Assembly: GCA_021604805.1 (NCBI GenBank)
Contig: BQJR01000001.1
Span: 720,925-784,924 of the forward strand
From: Planctomycetota bacterium
GTDB lineage: Bacteria; Planctomycetota; B15-G4
Direction of reading: 5' to 3'
DNA length: 64,000 bases
This document shows positions 1 through 10,855 of the stretch, one piece after another; the first letter of the stretch is position 1; each line of letters starts with the position of its first letter. The translations under genes were made by a program, and so were the position numbers. The notes beneath the pieces were generated by a model. It did not search any database. It was given only the letters and a program-made list of their open reading frames with translations, and was not told the origin of the DNA.

Positions 1-1471
1 GCTCTCGATCGCCTCCGCCGCCGACGACAGCTCCGCCGAAGACGAACCCAAGCAAGAGATCGAGGCCGGGCGACGCGCTGTGGCCGGCGGACCGAAGGCC
101 GCCGCCGAACGTCCCGAGAGCTTGCCCGACACGCCGCCCATCGCGCCGCCACTCGACAGCGACCTCGCGCTCGAGAGCGTGAACAAGACACTCGCCAACG
201 GGCTCAAGGTGGTCGTGATCGAGAACCACGAAGTGCCCTACGTGAGCCTCGGGCTGCAACTGCGCGCGGGCGCCTTCACCGACGACCCGTCGCGCCCGGG
301 CACGGCCTCGATGGCCACCTCGATGGTCACGCGCGGCACGCTCACGAAGGATGCCGAGAGTTTGGCCGCCGAACTCGAACGTCACGCGATCAGCTTGTCG
401 GCGAACGCCGGTCACGACAGCGCCAGCGTGTCGCTCAGCAGCACCGCCGACCAAGCGACGCGCGCCGCGCGCCTGCTCGCCGAGATCGTGATGCTGCCCG
501 CCTTCGACGACGACGAGTTCCGCACGCTGCGCGACCAGACGCTCACCGGCATGCAGATCAGCGAGAAGACGCCAGCCGTGATGGCCGAACGTCAGTTCGA
601 CGCGGCGCTCTGGGGCAGCAACCATCCCTACGGTCGCCCCGCCGAAGGCACGTCGAGCGATCTGCGCGAGCTCGACGTGGACGGCCTGCACGATTGGTGG
701 GACGCCTTCGTGCGCCCTGACACCGCCTCCCTGTACGTGGCCGGCGACATCCTCCCCGAAGACGCCTTCGCGCTCGCCGAACGCTACCTCGGCGACTGGG
801 AAGCCGACGGCGACGCCATCGACCGCCCGCTGCCCAAGTGGACCGCGCCCGACGCCACGCGCATCAAGCTGGTCGACAAGCGCGGCGCCATCCAGAGCGA
901 GATCCGCGCCGGTCACGAGGGCATCATGCGCAAGCATCCGCTCTACGCGACCTCGGCTGTGCTCACGCAGGTCTTCGGCGGCGCCTTCACCAGTCGTCTC
1001 AACGAGTCCTTGCGCATCGACAAGGGCCTCACCTACGGCGCCAGCGGCGGCTTGCAGAGCCGACGCTTCGGCGGACAGTTCGGCGTGCGCACCTTCACCA
1101 AGACCGCCAAGACCGCCGAGACCGTGCGCGCGCTCATCGAGGTCGTGAAGAACATGCACACCGAAGCGCCCAGCGACAGCGAGCTGGAGAACGCCGCGAG
1201 CTACCTCGCGGGCTCCTTCGCCGGCTCGCTGGAGACACCTCAGTCCGTGGCCGGGCGCCTCTGGAGCCTCGAGCTCAACGACCTGCCGAGCGACTACTGG
1301 AACGGCTACCTGCGTCGCATCGCCGCCACGACGTCCGAAGAAGTTCAGACGGCGGCGCAGCAGCTGCTCGATCCCGAGCGCATGCTGATCGTGGTCGTGG
1401 GCGATGCGGAGAAGGTGAAGGACGAGCTCGAAGAGATCGCCGAGGTCGACGTGCTCACCACCGACGGCTGA
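1..1471 (+). CDS. M16 family (pitrilysin/insulinase-like) zinc peptidase, C-terminal portion; 5'-truncated by the window edge
   Basis: Frame is open from the window start ([18 protein letters not shown]...). M16 features include [42 protein letters not shown] and a second M16_C lobe. This half has no HxxEH ([14 protein letters not shown]), as expected for the non-catalytic lobe. Confidence 0.85.
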   Translation, partial: LSIASAADDSSAEDEPKQEIEAGRRAVAGGPKAAAERPESLPDTPPIAPPLDSDLALESVNKTLANGLKVVVIENHEVPYVSLGLQLRAGAFTDDPSRPGTASMATSMVTRGTLTKDAESLAAELERHAISLSANAGHDSASVSLSSTADQATRAARLLAEIVMLPAFDDDEFRTLRDQTLTGMQISEKTPAVMAERQFDAALWGSNHPYGRPAEGTSSDLRELDVDGLHDWWDAFVRPDTASLYVAGDILPEDAFALAERYLGDWEADGDAIDRPLPKWTAPDATRIKLVDKRGAIQSEIRAGHEGIMRKHPLYATSAVLTQVFGGAFTSRLNESLRIDKGLTYGASGGLQSRRFGGQFGVRTFTKTAKTAETVRALIEVVKNMHTEAPSDSELENAASYLAGSFAGSLETPQSVAGRLWSLELNDLPSDYWNGYLRRIAATTSEEVQTAAQQLLDPERMLIVVVGDAEKVKDELEEIAEVDVLTTDG

Positions 1472-1490
1472 GTCGGCCGGGCCGCTGGCG

Positions 1491-1520
1491 TTGATCGGAG
1501 ACGGGCCGCTCGAATACATT
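1491..1520 (+). promoter_or_regulatory. Putative sigma70 promoter of the aconitase gene, TTGATC-N18-TACATT, with an inverted repeat around the -10 box
   Basis: TTGATC at 1491-1496 and TACATT at 1515-1520, 36 nt before ATG 1557. CCGCTC (1506-1511) and GAGCGG (1521-1526) flank the -10. Confidence 0.5.
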
Positions 1521-1556
1521 GAGCGGTCTTCGCCCCGTCCCGCCGGTGCCACTCCC

Positions 1557-3824
1557 ATGACTGATCTCGCCCCGATTTCCGCGCTCTACGACCGCCTCGA
1601 ATCCCTCCACGCGAAGATTCGCGAGCGCCTCGGGCGCGGCCTCACGCTGGCTGAGAAGATCCTCTACGCGCACCTCGCCGACCCCGACGGCGAGCTCCCC
1701 GAGCGCGGCAAGACCTACGCCGACCTGCAGCCCGATCGCGTGGCCATGCAAGACGCCACCGCACAGATGGCGCTGCTGCAGTTCGCCATGACGGGTCGCA
1801 GCGAGGCGGCCGTGCCGAGCACCGTGCACTGCGACCACCTGATCCGCGCACGCCTCGGCGCCGACAAAGACCTTGCCGTGGCCAACGACGAGAACGCCGA
1901 GGTCTACGCGTTCCTCAAGAGCGCGTCGGCCAAGTACGGCCTCGGCTTCTGGGAGCCGGGCGCCGGGATCATCCACCAGGTCGTGCTCGAGAACTACGCC
2001 TTCCCCGGCGGCCTGATGATCGGCACCGACAGTCACACGCCGAACGCCGGCGGCCTCGGCATGCTCGCCATCGGTGTCGGCGGCGCCGACGCGATGGAAG
2101 TCATGGCTGGCCTGCCCTTCGGCGTGCGCTGGCCCAAGCTCATCGGCGTGAAGCTCACCGGCAAGCTCGACGGTTGGAGCTCCCCGAAGGACGTGATCCT
2201 CAAGGTCTGCGAGCTGCTCACGGTGAAGGGCGGCACGGGCGCCATCGTGGAGTACTTCGGCGAAGGCACGCAGAGCATCTCCTGCACCGGCAAGGGCACG
2301 ATCTGCAACATGGGCGCGGAGCACGGCGCCACCACCAGCACCTTCCCCTTCGACGAGTCGATGGCGCGCTACCTCGAAGCCACCGGGCGCAAGGATGTCG
2401 CCGAGCTGGCCCGCAAGCACGCCGCCGCCCTGCGCGCCGACGACGACGTGGACGCCGACCCGAGCAAGTACTTCGACCAAGTGCTCGAGATCGACCTCAA
2501 CACGCTGCCGCCGATGGTGGTGGGTCCGCACACGCCCGACCGCGCACGCAACCTCGACGCGCTCAAGGACGAAGCCGCCGACGAAGGCTGGCCCGCCGAG
2601 CTCAAAGCCGCGCTCATCGGCTCGTGCACGAACAGCTCCTACGAAGACATGGAGCGCGCGGCGAGCGTGGCGCGCCAGGCCAGCGCCAAGGGCCTCAAGG
2701 TGCGCACGCCGCTGATGGTCACGCCCGGCAGCACGCGCGTCGACGAGACGATCCGTCGCGACGGGCAGATGCAGGCGCTGCAGGAGATCAACGCCACGGT
2801 GCTCGCGAACGCCTGCGGCCCGTGCATCGGCCAGTGGCAGCGCGACGACATCAAGAAGGGCGACGTCAACTCGATCATCACCTCCTTCAACCGCAACTTC
2901 AGCGGTCGCAACGACGGCAACCACTCCACGCTCGCGTTCATCTCGAGCCCCGAAGTGGTGGTCGCCATGGCGCTCGCCGGACGCCTCGACTTCGACCCGC
3001 GCCGCGACACGCTCGACACACCCGACGGCCCGGTGAAGCTCGACCCGCCCACCGGCCTCGAGCTGCCGCAGATGGGTTTCGCCGCCACCGACCGCGGTTA
3101 CGTGGCCCCGCCGAGCGACCCGAGCAGCGTGGACCTCGACGTGACCGAAGGCAGCAAGCGCCTGCAGCTGCTCGAACCCTTCGACGCGCCGCGCAACGAA
3201 CAGTTCGTCGACATGCCGCTGTTGCTCAAGGTGGAAGGCAAGTGCACCACTGACCACATCTCGGCGGCCGGGCCGTGGCTGCGCTTCCGCGGTCACCTCG
3301 AGAACATCTCCGACAACATGTACATCGGCGCGACGAACGCGTTCACCGGCGAGCAAGGCAAGGTCACGGATGCGCTCGACGGCACGCCCAGCTTGGCGAT
3401 CCCCGATGTCGCGCGGCACTACAAGGCCGAGGGCCTCAACTGGGTGGTCGTCGGCGACGTGAACTACGGCGAGGGTTCCTCGCGCGAACACGCCGCCATG
3501 TCTCCGCGCTTCCTGGGTTGCCGCGCCGTCGTCGCGCGCAGCTTCGCGCGCATCGCCGAGACCAACCTCAAGAAGCAGGGCGTGTTGGCGCTGGTGTTCG
3601 CCGATCAGCGCGACTGGGACAAGATCCAGGAAGGCGACCGCTTCGCCATCGAAGGTCTCGACGAACTCGCACCCGGCTCCACCGTCACGCTGCAAGTCAC
3701 GCACGCCGGCGGCGGCAGCGACACGATCCCCACCACGCACACGCTCAGCGAGCTGCAGATCGCGTGGTTCCGCGCGGGCTCGGCGCTGAACTACCTGCGC
3801 AACGGCGAGGGCGTCACGGCCTGA
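1557..3824 (+). CDS. acnA: Aconitate hydratase (mitochondrial-type/AcnA-like, 755 aa)
   Basis: Motifs [32 protein letters not shown], the 4Fe-4S ligands IGSCTNSS and [21 protein letters not shown] and [12 protein letters not shown]. Start moved to ATG 1557. Confidence 0.96.
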   Translation: MTDLAPISALYDRLESLHAKIRERLGRGLTLAEKILYAHLADPDGELPERGKTYADLQPDRVAMQDATAQMALLQFAMTGRSEAAVPSTVHCDHLIRARLGADKDLAVANDENAEVYAFLKSASAKYGLGFWEPGAGIIHQVVLENYAFPGGLMIGTDSHTPNAGGLGMLAIGVGGADAMEVMAGLPFGVRWPKLIGVKLTGKLDGWSSPKDVILKVCELLTVKGGTGAIVEYFGEGTQSISCTGKGTICNMGAEHGATTSTFPFDESMARYLEATGRKDVAELARKHAAALRADDDVDADPSKYFDQVLEIDLNTLPPMVVGPHTPDRARNLDALKDEAADEGWPAELKAALIGSCTNSSYEDMERAASVARQASAKGLKVRTPLMVTPGSTRVDETIRRDGQMQALQEINATVLANACGPCIGQWQRDDIKKGDVNSIITSFNRNFSGRNDGNHSTLAFISSPEVVVAMALAGRLDFDPRRDTLDTPDGPVKLDPPTGLELPQMGFAATDRGYVAPPSDPSSVDLDVTEGSKRLQLLEPFDAPRNEQFVDMPLLLKVEGKCTTDHISAAGPWLRFRGHLENISDNMYIGATNAFTGEQGKVTDALDGTPSLAIPDVARHYKAEGLNWVVVGDVNYGEGSSREHAAMSPRFLGCRAVVARSFARIAETNLKKQGVLALVFADQRDWDKIQEGDRFAIEGLDELAPGSTVTLQVTHAGGGSDTIPTTHTLSELQIAWFRAGSALNYLRNGEGVTA

Positions 3825-3828
3825 GGCT

Positions 3829-6150
3829 TCAGCGCGCGGGGAACCGCTGACACCACGCGCAGTCGTCGTCGACGAAGAGGCTCGTGGTGCCGGCGTCGGG
3901 GTCGTGGTCCACGTAGCCGAGTTCCGCGAGTTGCTCGAGCAGCTCGGGGTCCTCGGTGGCGCCGCCGGCCAGACCACGCGCGGGCGCCAGCGCGAGCCAG
4001 TCGATGAGTCGCGCGCGCAGCTCGGCGGCCAGCTCGGGCTCGAGCTCCGCCAGGTCGTGCAGGCAGTCGGGGTCCGCCTGCACGTCGTAGAGCTCAACTT
4101 GGTGCAGCTCGCGACCGCGCACCGAGGGGCGCGGGTGGTGCGCCTTGAGCGCCATCACGAGCAGGTGACGACCGAAGCGCACGCTCGCGGCGCGACTGCT
4201 CGCGCCGAGTTGGAACAGCGGGCGTTGGCGTCCGCTGCGATCCAGTTCCTGGAGCAGGGACTCGCCGGGGAAGGGCAGGTCGGGCAAGCCTGCGAGATCG
4301 AGCAGGGTGCGCCCGAGGCCGAGCGGGCTGAGCGGGGTGTCGCTGCGCACCCCCACCGGCACGCCGGGCCCGGCCAGCATCAGCGGTACGTGCAAGCTGC
4401 CGGGCGTGAGGCCTGCGTGGTCGAAGAACACGTCTTGCTCGCCGAGTGCCTCGCCGTGATCGCCCACCAGGGCCACGATGGCTTCGTCGAAGCGCGAGTG
4501 TTGGAGCAGGCGTTCGAGTTGCGCGTCGAGGTAGCGCACTTCGGCGCGGTAGGCGGCGCGCGGGAACTCGAGGTCGCGCAGGCCTGCGATCTCGCGCGGG
4601 AGCACCGCGTCGCTGGGCGGCGCGGGGTCGCTCAGGAAGCGCTCGTCGAAGGGGTCGCGGTCGTCGGGGTACTCGCGCGCGGTCCAGTGATCGGGCGCGT
4701 CGTAGGGCCAGTGCGCATCGAAGGCGTGGAACCACACGAAGAGCGGACGGCCGTCGGCTTCGGGCAGCCACTCGAGCAACTGATCCACGCTCCGCTCGGC
4801 GCGCAGCGGTTTGTTCGGTGCCCAGATCATGCGGTCGAAACCTTGGCCGAGGCCGCTGCCTTCGTGCCCGAGGTGCTTGGTCGAGAGCACGGCGTAGGTG
4901 ACGTAGCCGGCTTCCGCGAAGCGCTCGGCGAGCGTGCTCGCTGTTTCGTTCAGCGGCCGACGGTTCACCACGATGCCGGTGTCGCGCGGGTGCATGCCGG
5001 TCATCAGCGCCACGTGCGCGGGGTTCGTGGAGTTCGTGGGCGACCAAGCTTGGCTGAACAACACGCCGCCTTCGGCCAGACGATCGAGCGCGGGCGTGGC
5101 CACCTGCACGCGTCCGTCTAGGGCGCCGACGTGATCCCCGCGGTGCGTGTCCGACGTGATCAACAACACCGGCGGCGGGCGCTGCCCCGGCACCACGATC
5201 GCGGCCTCAGCCAGCCCCCACGCCGCCTCCCCCTGCGAGCGGAGTGAAAAACGTAACCGGACGCGCCGCCCGGCGTAGGCATCGAGGCCGACCTCGAGCT
5301 GCTGCCAAGCCTCGCTCGGCTGCAGCTCGCCCGCCCACAACATCTCGGGCTCGCCGCCTTCGGTCGACAGCGACACGTCGAGACTCGCAGGCGCACTGGC
5401 CAACATCAGACTGCCCGGCTGCACGAGCGCGCAGCGCAGCTCGGCGCCTTCGGGCACGAGCACGTCGGCGAAGAGATCGCGACCGCTCACCAGGCCTTCG
5501 CCGCTGCGACCCTGCGCGCCCGCGATGATCATGGCGGGCGCACCCGCGGGGTCGGGCAAGCGATCGGCGAGCGGCGCCTGCTCCAGCTCCACGAAGAGCA
5601 GGCCCGCGTTGCGGTTCGCGCCGCGCAAGACCACGCGCAGTGTGTCGCCCACGGCGCCCGCTCCCAGCGCGCGCGGCGCGAGCAGATCGACCTCGGCGGC
5701 GTAGGGCTCGCTGGACTGCTCCAGGTGCACGACCTCGGAGTGCATGATCGCGCGGCCGTCGCGCAGCACCGAGGCCAGCAACCAGCCCGAGCCCTGGAAG
5801 CTCGTGACCAGTCGCAAACGGTTGATGCGGTCCACCGGGAACTCGCCCGCGCGCTCCAGGATCAGGTCTCCGTCGGCTTCCACGGCGCGCAGCTGCAGAC
5901 GCGGCGGACCACCCGAGCCCGCGGGACGCAACGAGGAGTTCGGCACCTGCAGCGACCACGCGGGCAGGTCGTGCGCGAACTCGAAGAGCGCCAAGCGTTG
6001 CGCGACGGGTTGTGGCGCGCCCGGTTCCGGTTGCAGGTCGAGGCGCAGGGTGCGCCCCGGGCGGTCGGGCTCGGTGCCGCAAGCCAGCGCGAGGCTGAGC
6101 AACGCCATCACGCTCACCGCGCGCGCTGTGTGTGTGCGAGCAGTCGTCAT
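3829..6150 (-). CDS. Sulfatase-fold (alkaline phosphatase superfamily) lipoprotein 1, T-N-P-A-H variant (773 aa)
   Basis: Lipobox LSLALAC, an N-terminal beta-rich region, then LLITSDTHRGDH, PTNSTNPAHVALMTG, WFHAFDAHWPY, LVGDHGE and C-terminal LAELGY...CAWCQR. The ATG overlaps the upstream stop (ATGA). Confidence 0.85.
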   Translation of the reverse strand: MTTARTHTARAVSVMALLSLALACGTEPDRPGRTLRLDLQPEPGAPQPVAQRLALFEFAHDLPAWSLQVPNSSLRPAGSGGPPRLQLRAVEADGDLILERAGEFPVDRINRLRLVTSFQGSGWLLASVLRDGRAIMHSEVVHLEQSSEPYAAEVDLLAPRALGAGAVGDTLRVVLRGANRNAGLLFVELEQAPLADRLPDPAGAPAMIIAGAQGRSGEGLVSGRDLFADVLVPEGAELRCALVQPGSLMLASAPASLDVSLSTEGGEPEMLWAGELQPSEAWQQLEVGLDAYAGRRVRLRFSLRSQGEAAWGLAEAAIVVPGQRPPPVLLITSDTHRGDHVGALDGRVQVATPALDRLAEGGVLFSQAWSPTNSTNPAHVALMTGMHPRDTGIVVNRRPLNETASTLAERFAEAGYVTYAVLSTKHLGHEGSGLGQGFDRMIWAPNKPLRAERSVDQLLEWLPEADGRPLFVWFHAFDAHWPYDAPDHWTAREYPDDRDPFDERFLSDPAPPSDAVLPREIAGLRDLEFPRAAYRAEVRYLDAQLERLLQHSRFDEAIVALVGDHGEALGEQDVFFDHAGLTPGSLHVPLMLAGPGVPVGVRSDTPLSPLGLGRTLLDLAGLPDLPFPGESLLQELDRSGRQRPLFQLGASSRAASVRFGRHLLVMALKAHHPRPSVRGRELHQVELYDVQADPDCLHDLAELEPELAAELRARLIDWLALAPARGLAGGATEDPELLEQLAELGYVDHDPDAGTTSLFVDDDCAWCQRFPAR

Positions 6151-8495
6151 CGGGTGTCGAAGCGGGCGCACCAGGCGCAGTCGTCGGGTTGCCACAGCGC
6201 GTCGGCATCGAGACCGCCGCCGACCGGCGCCACGTAGCCCAGCGCGGCGAGTTCTTCGAGCTGCGCTGCGTCGTGGTCGAGCGTGTCGCGCCAGGGCAGG
6301 GCGCGTCGCTGCGCCAACCAGTCGAGCACCAGGGCGCGCAGGCGCGCGGCGTCGTCGAAACGTTCGTCCACCAGGTTGTGCGCGGCCTCGGGGTCGGTCG
6401 AGAGGTCGTAGAGTTCGACCTCGTGCGCCACGTGTTGCAGCGCCATGTTCGGCAACGCGCGATCGACCAAACTTAGCACCAGGAACAAGTCCTCGTGCTG
6501 CACCGTGGCCGACGCGCCGAAGGACTCGATCGCGAAGCGCGGCGCGGCGCGGCCCGCGCGCGCGGCCGTCGGCAGCGCACGACCTGGGAACGCTTGCGCC
6601 GTCAGACCGCTCAGGTCGAGCAAGCTGCGACCGAGGTCGAGGTGGCTCACCGGGCTCGCCACGACCTCACCTGCCGACACCCCGGGTCCCGCGAGCACCA
6701 GCGGCACGTGCAGCGTCTTGGGGTAAGCCCCGATGTGATTGAAGTACACGCCGTTCTCGCCGAGCAGCTCGCCGTGATCCGACACGAAGGCGATCAGTGC
6801 GTCGGACAGACGCGGGTGCGCGAGGAAGGCGCCGAGGCGCGCGTCTTGCTCCTCGATCTCGGCGCGATACATCGCGCGCGCCCAGTCGAGTTCACGCAGC
6901 CCGGTCAGCTCGGGAGGCAACAGTTGGGTGGGCACGGGTTCGGGCAACGCGGGGTCGAAGGCGTCGCGCGCGGGATCCCACTGGCGCGCGGCGGCGGTGT
7001 CCGGCGGCGTGTACGGCGTGTGCGCGTCGAACACGTGCAGCCACACGAAGAGCGGGCGGTCGTGCAGCTCGTCGAGCCAAGTGCTGAGGATCGGGAGCGT
7101 TTCTGTGCTCGGACGCTGCGGCGTGTTCGTGGGCCAACTGATGCGATCGAAACCCTGTCCGAGCCCGCTGCCCGGCGGCCCCAGATGACGCGTACTGAGC
7201 GCCGCCACGCAGGTGTAGCCGGCGCTGGCGAAGGACTCGGCGAGCGTGGCGGCGGCGGCGCCCACGCCGTCGTAGTTGCTGAGCACGCCGGTGTCGCGCG
7301 GCGACGTGCCGGTCATCAGCGCCACGTGCGAAGGGTTCGTGTTGTTCACCGAGGTGTAAGCGTCGAGGTAGCGCGTGCCGCGCGCGGCGAGCGCGTCGAG
7401 CACCGGCGTGGAGAGCGACACGCCTTGTTCGGCGTAGCCCACGTGATCCGCGCGGTGCGTGTCACTCGTGATCAACACGGTCACCGGCGGACGCGCGCGC
7501 GGCACCCACACCTGCGGCGCGCTCACCAGGCAAGCCAACGAGGTGCCCGCCGCCGCGTGCGCCTCGCTCTGCAAGGAGAGTTCGAGTCGCTTCGGCGAGC
7601 TCGACGCGGGCAAGGTCAACTCGAGCGGCGTCCAGCGATCCACACTCGGCAGCAGTTCGTGTTCGACGAGCAACTCGCGGCCGCTGTCCGTGAGCAGCTC
7701 CACGCGCAGCACGGCGCCCTGCGGTGCCACGGCCGCCAGCTCGCTCGTCCACGCGACATCGAACTGCACGCGGGCGTCGTGCGGGAGCGCGAGCTCAGTT
7801 TGCAGCGCGCGCCCCTGCAACAGTCCCACGGCCGGTCGGGCTTGATCCCCCACCACCACGAGTTCGGCCTGCGCGGCGGGATCGGGCAGGCGGGCGGCGC
7901 GCGGTTCGTCCACGAGCGCCACGTCGCGCAGGGCGAAGCGTCGGTAACTGCCGAGGAAGCGCAGGCGCAGGGCGTCGAAGGGAGCGGCGGAACGTAGCGC
8001 GGCCGGCAGGTCCACCGACACGTTCACCAGACGATCGAGCGTGTCGATGCTCGGCGCACGCAAGCTGTTCACCACGGCGCCGTCGCGCAGCAGATCGACC
8101 ACCATGCCGAGCCCGCCGCCGCCGTCGGCTGACAACCAGACTTCCACGCGGTCGAAGGTCGCCGGGTCGTAGTGCCCGGCGCGCGTGAGTTGCACCACGC
8201 GTTCGCGACGCCCCGCGCCCACCACGAGCATCGGCCGGCTGCCCTGCGGCAACTCGGGCCCTTCGACCACGATGCGCTTCGAGGGCGACTCGACCTCCCA
8301 CTCGGTGCGCTGCTCGAGCAGATCGAAGCGCTCCACGACGCGCCGTTCGGGCGCGCTCGCGCCGCCCGCCGCCAGGTTCCAGCGGCCACGCTGCAGCTCG
8401 GGTGCGGACGCGCGCTCGCCGCACGCCCACAGGACGCACAGCGCGAAGGCCGCCCACGCGAGCTGCGGCGCGCGGCGCTTCAGCGTGCGCACCAC
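6147..8495 (-). CDS. Sulfatase-fold lipoprotein 2, T-N-P-S-H variant (782 aa)
   Basis: Lipobox LCVLWAC; LITSDTHRADH, NNTNPSHVALMTG, WLHVFDAHTPY, FVSDHGE, LAALGY...CAWCAR. Confidence 0.85.
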   Translation of the reverse strand: MVRTLKRRAPQLAWAAFALCVLWACGERASAPELQRGRWNLAAGGASAPERRVVERFDLLEQRTEWEVESPSKRIVVEGPELPQGSRPMLVVGAGRRERVVQLTRAGHYDPATFDRVEVWLSADGGGGLGMVVDLLRDGAVVNSLRAPSIDTLDRLVNVSVDLPAALRSAAPFDALRLRFLGSYRRFALRDVALVDEPRAARLPDPAAQAELVVVGDQARPAVGLLQGRALQTELALPHDARVQFDVAWTSELAAVAPQGAVLRVELLTDSGRELLVEHELLPSVDRWTPLELTLPASSSPKRLELSLQSEAHAAAGTSLACLVSAPQVWVPRARPPVTVLITSDTHRADHVGYAEQGVSLSTPVLDALAARGTRYLDAYTSVNNTNPSHVALMTGTSPRDTGVLSNYDGVGAAAATLAESFASAGYTCVAALSTRHLGPPGSGLGQGFDRISWPTNTPQRPSTETLPILSTWLDELHDRPLFVWLHVFDAHTPYTPPDTAAARQWDPARDAFDPALPEPVPTQLLPPELTGLRELDWARAMYRAEIEEQDARLGAFLAHPRLSDALIAFVSDHGELLGENGVYFNHIGAYPKTLHVPLVLAGPGVSAGEVVASPVSHLDLGRSLLDLSGLTAQAFPGRALPTAARAGRAAPRFAIESFGASATVQHEDLFLVLSLVDRALPNMALQHVAHEVELYDLSTDPEAAHNLVDERFDDAARLRALVLDWLAQRRALPWRDTLDHDAAQLEELAALGYVAPVGGGLDADALWQPDDCAWCARFDTR

Positions 8496-10855
8496 GGGCA
8501 GGCCTCTTCGTCGAGCAACCGCGTGAAGGGCGGCGGCAAGGGCCCCACGTAACCCAGGCTGAGGCGCTCACGCATGATGGAGTCGTCGAGCACGCCGAGT
8601 TCATCGAGACGCGTGTCGGGTTGCGCCGCGAGCCAGGCGGTGAGTTCCGCGCGCAGACCTTCGCCTTCGCTGTCGAGTGTCGAGGAGTCGAGCTCGTCGG
8701 CAGCCAGCGCGTGCAGCGCCTGCGGGTCGACCGACAAGTCGAAGAGCTCGGCGGTGAAGGCTTGGCGCCGTTCAGGGAGGTGCCCGAGTCGCCGCGGCCG
8801 CAACTGCACGACCAGGTGACGCTCGCCGCGCGTGATCGACGCCGACAGGCCGTCGCTCTCCACGGCGAAGCGCGGTTCCAGTTCATCGCGCGGTCGCAGC
8901 AAGGAGCGCCCGGGGAACGCTTGGTCGCCGAGTCCCGCGAGGTCGAGCAAGCTGCGCCCGAGGTCGAGCGTGCTCACCGGGTCGTTGCGTCGCGCGCCCT
9001 GTTCGAGCTGGGGCGAGGCCAGGATCAGCGGGACGTGCAACACGCCGGGATACAAGCCGAGGGACTTGAACCAGATCTGGTGCTCGCCGAGCGCGAGGCC
9101 GTGTGAGCCCACGAAGGCGCGCGGCGCGGCGCGCACGCGAGGGTGACTCAGGAGTGGAGCCAAGGCCGCGTCGAGTTCGCTGATCTCGCCCTTGTAGCGT
9201 GCGCGCAAGAAGTTGAGGTCGTGCTCGGCGCGATACGACTCCGGCATCGCCACCAGGATGCGACCGCGCGTCGGAAGTTGGTGCGCCCCGTCACGATCGA
9301 GCGGGTCGTAGTGCAGCGCGAGCGACTCGGGTGCCGGCTCGTGCGGCCAGCGCGCGTCGCTCAGGGCCAGCCACAGGAAGAGCGGCGTGTCCGCTTGCTC
9401 GGCGAGCTGCGCGCGGGCTTCGTCCACGACACGCTGCGCAGACCAGGCGGTGCTGTCCGCGGGCGCGACGACCTCGGCGAAGCCCTGACCGAGCCCGCTC
9501 GAGCCGGGCGTGAGGTGCTGCGAGCCCACCACGGCCACGCAGCGGTAACCGGCATGGGCGAAGGCCTCGGCGAGCGTGCGCGCCTCCGGCCGCAGATGCT
9601 GGCCCTCGTTCACCACGCCTGTGTCGCGCGCGCTGAGGCCGGTGTGGAGCGCGGCGAGCGCGGGCGCGGAGTGGTTCGTGGGCGCCCGCGCGTCGGCGAA
9701 GAACAGCCCCTCGGCGGCGAGTGCGTCGAGCTGCGGTGTGGGCATGTCGACGCCGCGGAAGGCCAGCCCGAGGTGGTCGCCCCGGTGCGCATCACTGCTC
9801 ACGAGCAGCACGAGTGGCGCGACGTCCGGCGCCGCAGGCAAGCTGAGCCTGGGTTCGGCGAGCAACACGGCGCGCGAACTCCCTGCGCGGAAACGCAACT
9901 CGACCTCGCGCGCCGTGTCGCTGACCGCGAGCGGGCTGAGCTGCCAGTCGTCGCCGGGATCCAGGGGCAAGACGTGGTCGATCCAGCTGTCGTCGCCCGC
10001 GCCGACGGGCCGCGTCCGCAACACGAGCTCGTTGCTCTCCGCCTGCGCGATCGAGTGCGGCGACGTGACGAGCGCGTAGGGCAACTCGAAGCCGTGCCCG
10101 GCAGGCAAGGGCGCGTCGAGGCGCGCGCTCGATTCCCCGAAGAGCACGCCGGCGCGCAACCAACGCGTGCCGCGCGCCACGAGCTCGGGCGCGCTGAGCG
10201 TCGGCAATCCGGCGCCGAGCTGACTCGTCTCCCAACTCAAGGCGGCGAGACCCAAGCGACGCGTGGAGCCGGTGCAGCTCATGACCACGCGATCATGCTC
10301 GGGGCGTTCGACCGGCAGCGGGATCCTGTGCGCCACGAGTTGCTCGGCTTGACGCATCACGACCGGCGCGCCCACCGCCACGCGTTCGTCGCCGCGCCAG
10401 AGTTCGAGGCTCGCGACCCCCGCGCCCTCGAAGGCTGCGGTGACGCGCAACACGTCGGCGCGCTCGGGTGCCGGGCCGGCGTGCACGAGCTCGAGTTCGT
10501 GACGGCCCTGCGGGGCGCGGATCACGATCGCGACCTCTTTCTTGGCCGGCAAGCGCTGACGTGCACTGCGCAGCGCGACGATCTCCCAACCCGGCATGAC
10601 CGCGCCGGACGCGGGCAGCTCGAACTGCGCCAAGGATTCGCCGGGCGGCACCTCCGCGAGACCGCTCACCAGCTGCCAGTGCAGCGCCGGCGCCGGCTGC
10701 GTGAGGTCGCTCAGCGGCAGGACGTGATCGTCGGGAGCTGTCGCCGACGAGTCCGTGCGTGACGGCGTGGTGCCCGACGTGCGTTCGCCCGCGTCGCCGC
10801 AAGCCCCGAGCACGCAGAGCGCCAAGCTCAATCCCAGCGTCGACAGCGCGCGCAT
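8480..10855 (-). CDS. Sulfatase-fold lipoprotein 3 with a degenerate active site (791 aa)
   Basis: The real start is MRALSTLGLSLALCVLGAC at ATG 10855; the longer ORF-track extension is shadow sequence overlapping the next gene. Motifs LVSSDAHRGDH, PTNHSAPALAALHTG, WLALSDARWPH, FVGSHG, LSLGY...CPWCAR. Confidence 0.8.
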   Translation of the reverse strand: MRALSTLGLSLALCVLGACGDAGERTSGTTPSRTDSSATAPDDHVLPLSDLTQPAPALHWQLVSGLAEVPPGESLAQFELPASGAVMPGWEIVALRSARQRLPAKKEVAIVIRAPQGRHELELVHAGPAPERADVLRVTAAFEGAGVASLELWRGDERVAVGAPVVMRQAEQLVAHRIPLPVERPEHDRVVMSCTGSTRRLGLAALSWETSQLGAGLPTLSAPELVARGTRWLRAGVLFGESSARLDAPLPAGHGFELPYALVTSPHSIAQAESNELVLRTRPVGAGDDSWIDHVLPLDPGDDWQLSPLAVSDTAREVELRFRAGSSRAVLLAEPRLSLPAAPDVAPLVLLVSSDAHRGDHLGLAFRGVDMPTPQLDALAAEGLFFADARAPTNHSAPALAALHTGLSARDTGVVNEGQHLRPEARTLAEAFAHAGYRCVAVVGSQHLTPGSSGLGQGFAEVVAPADSTAWSAQRVVDEARAQLAEQADTPLFLWLALSDARWPHEPAPESLALHYDPLDRDGAHQLPTRGRILVAMPESYRAEHDLNFLRARYKGEISELDAALAPLLSHPRVRAAPRAFVGSHGLALGEHQIWFKSLGLYPGVLHVPLILASPQLEQGARRNDPVSTLDLGRSLLDLAGLGDQAFPGRSLLRPRDELEPRFAVESDGLSASITRGERHLVVQLRPRRLGHLPERRQAFTAELFDLSVDPQALHALAADELDSSTLDSEGEGLRAELTAWLAAQPDTRLDELGVLDDSIMRERLSLGYVGPLPPPFTRLLDEEACPWCAR

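Noticed and set aside
1500-1540. Iron-responsive element in the aconitase leader
   Set aside because: There is no CAGUGN loop, and the stem overlaps the predicted -10 box, so most of it would not be transcribed.
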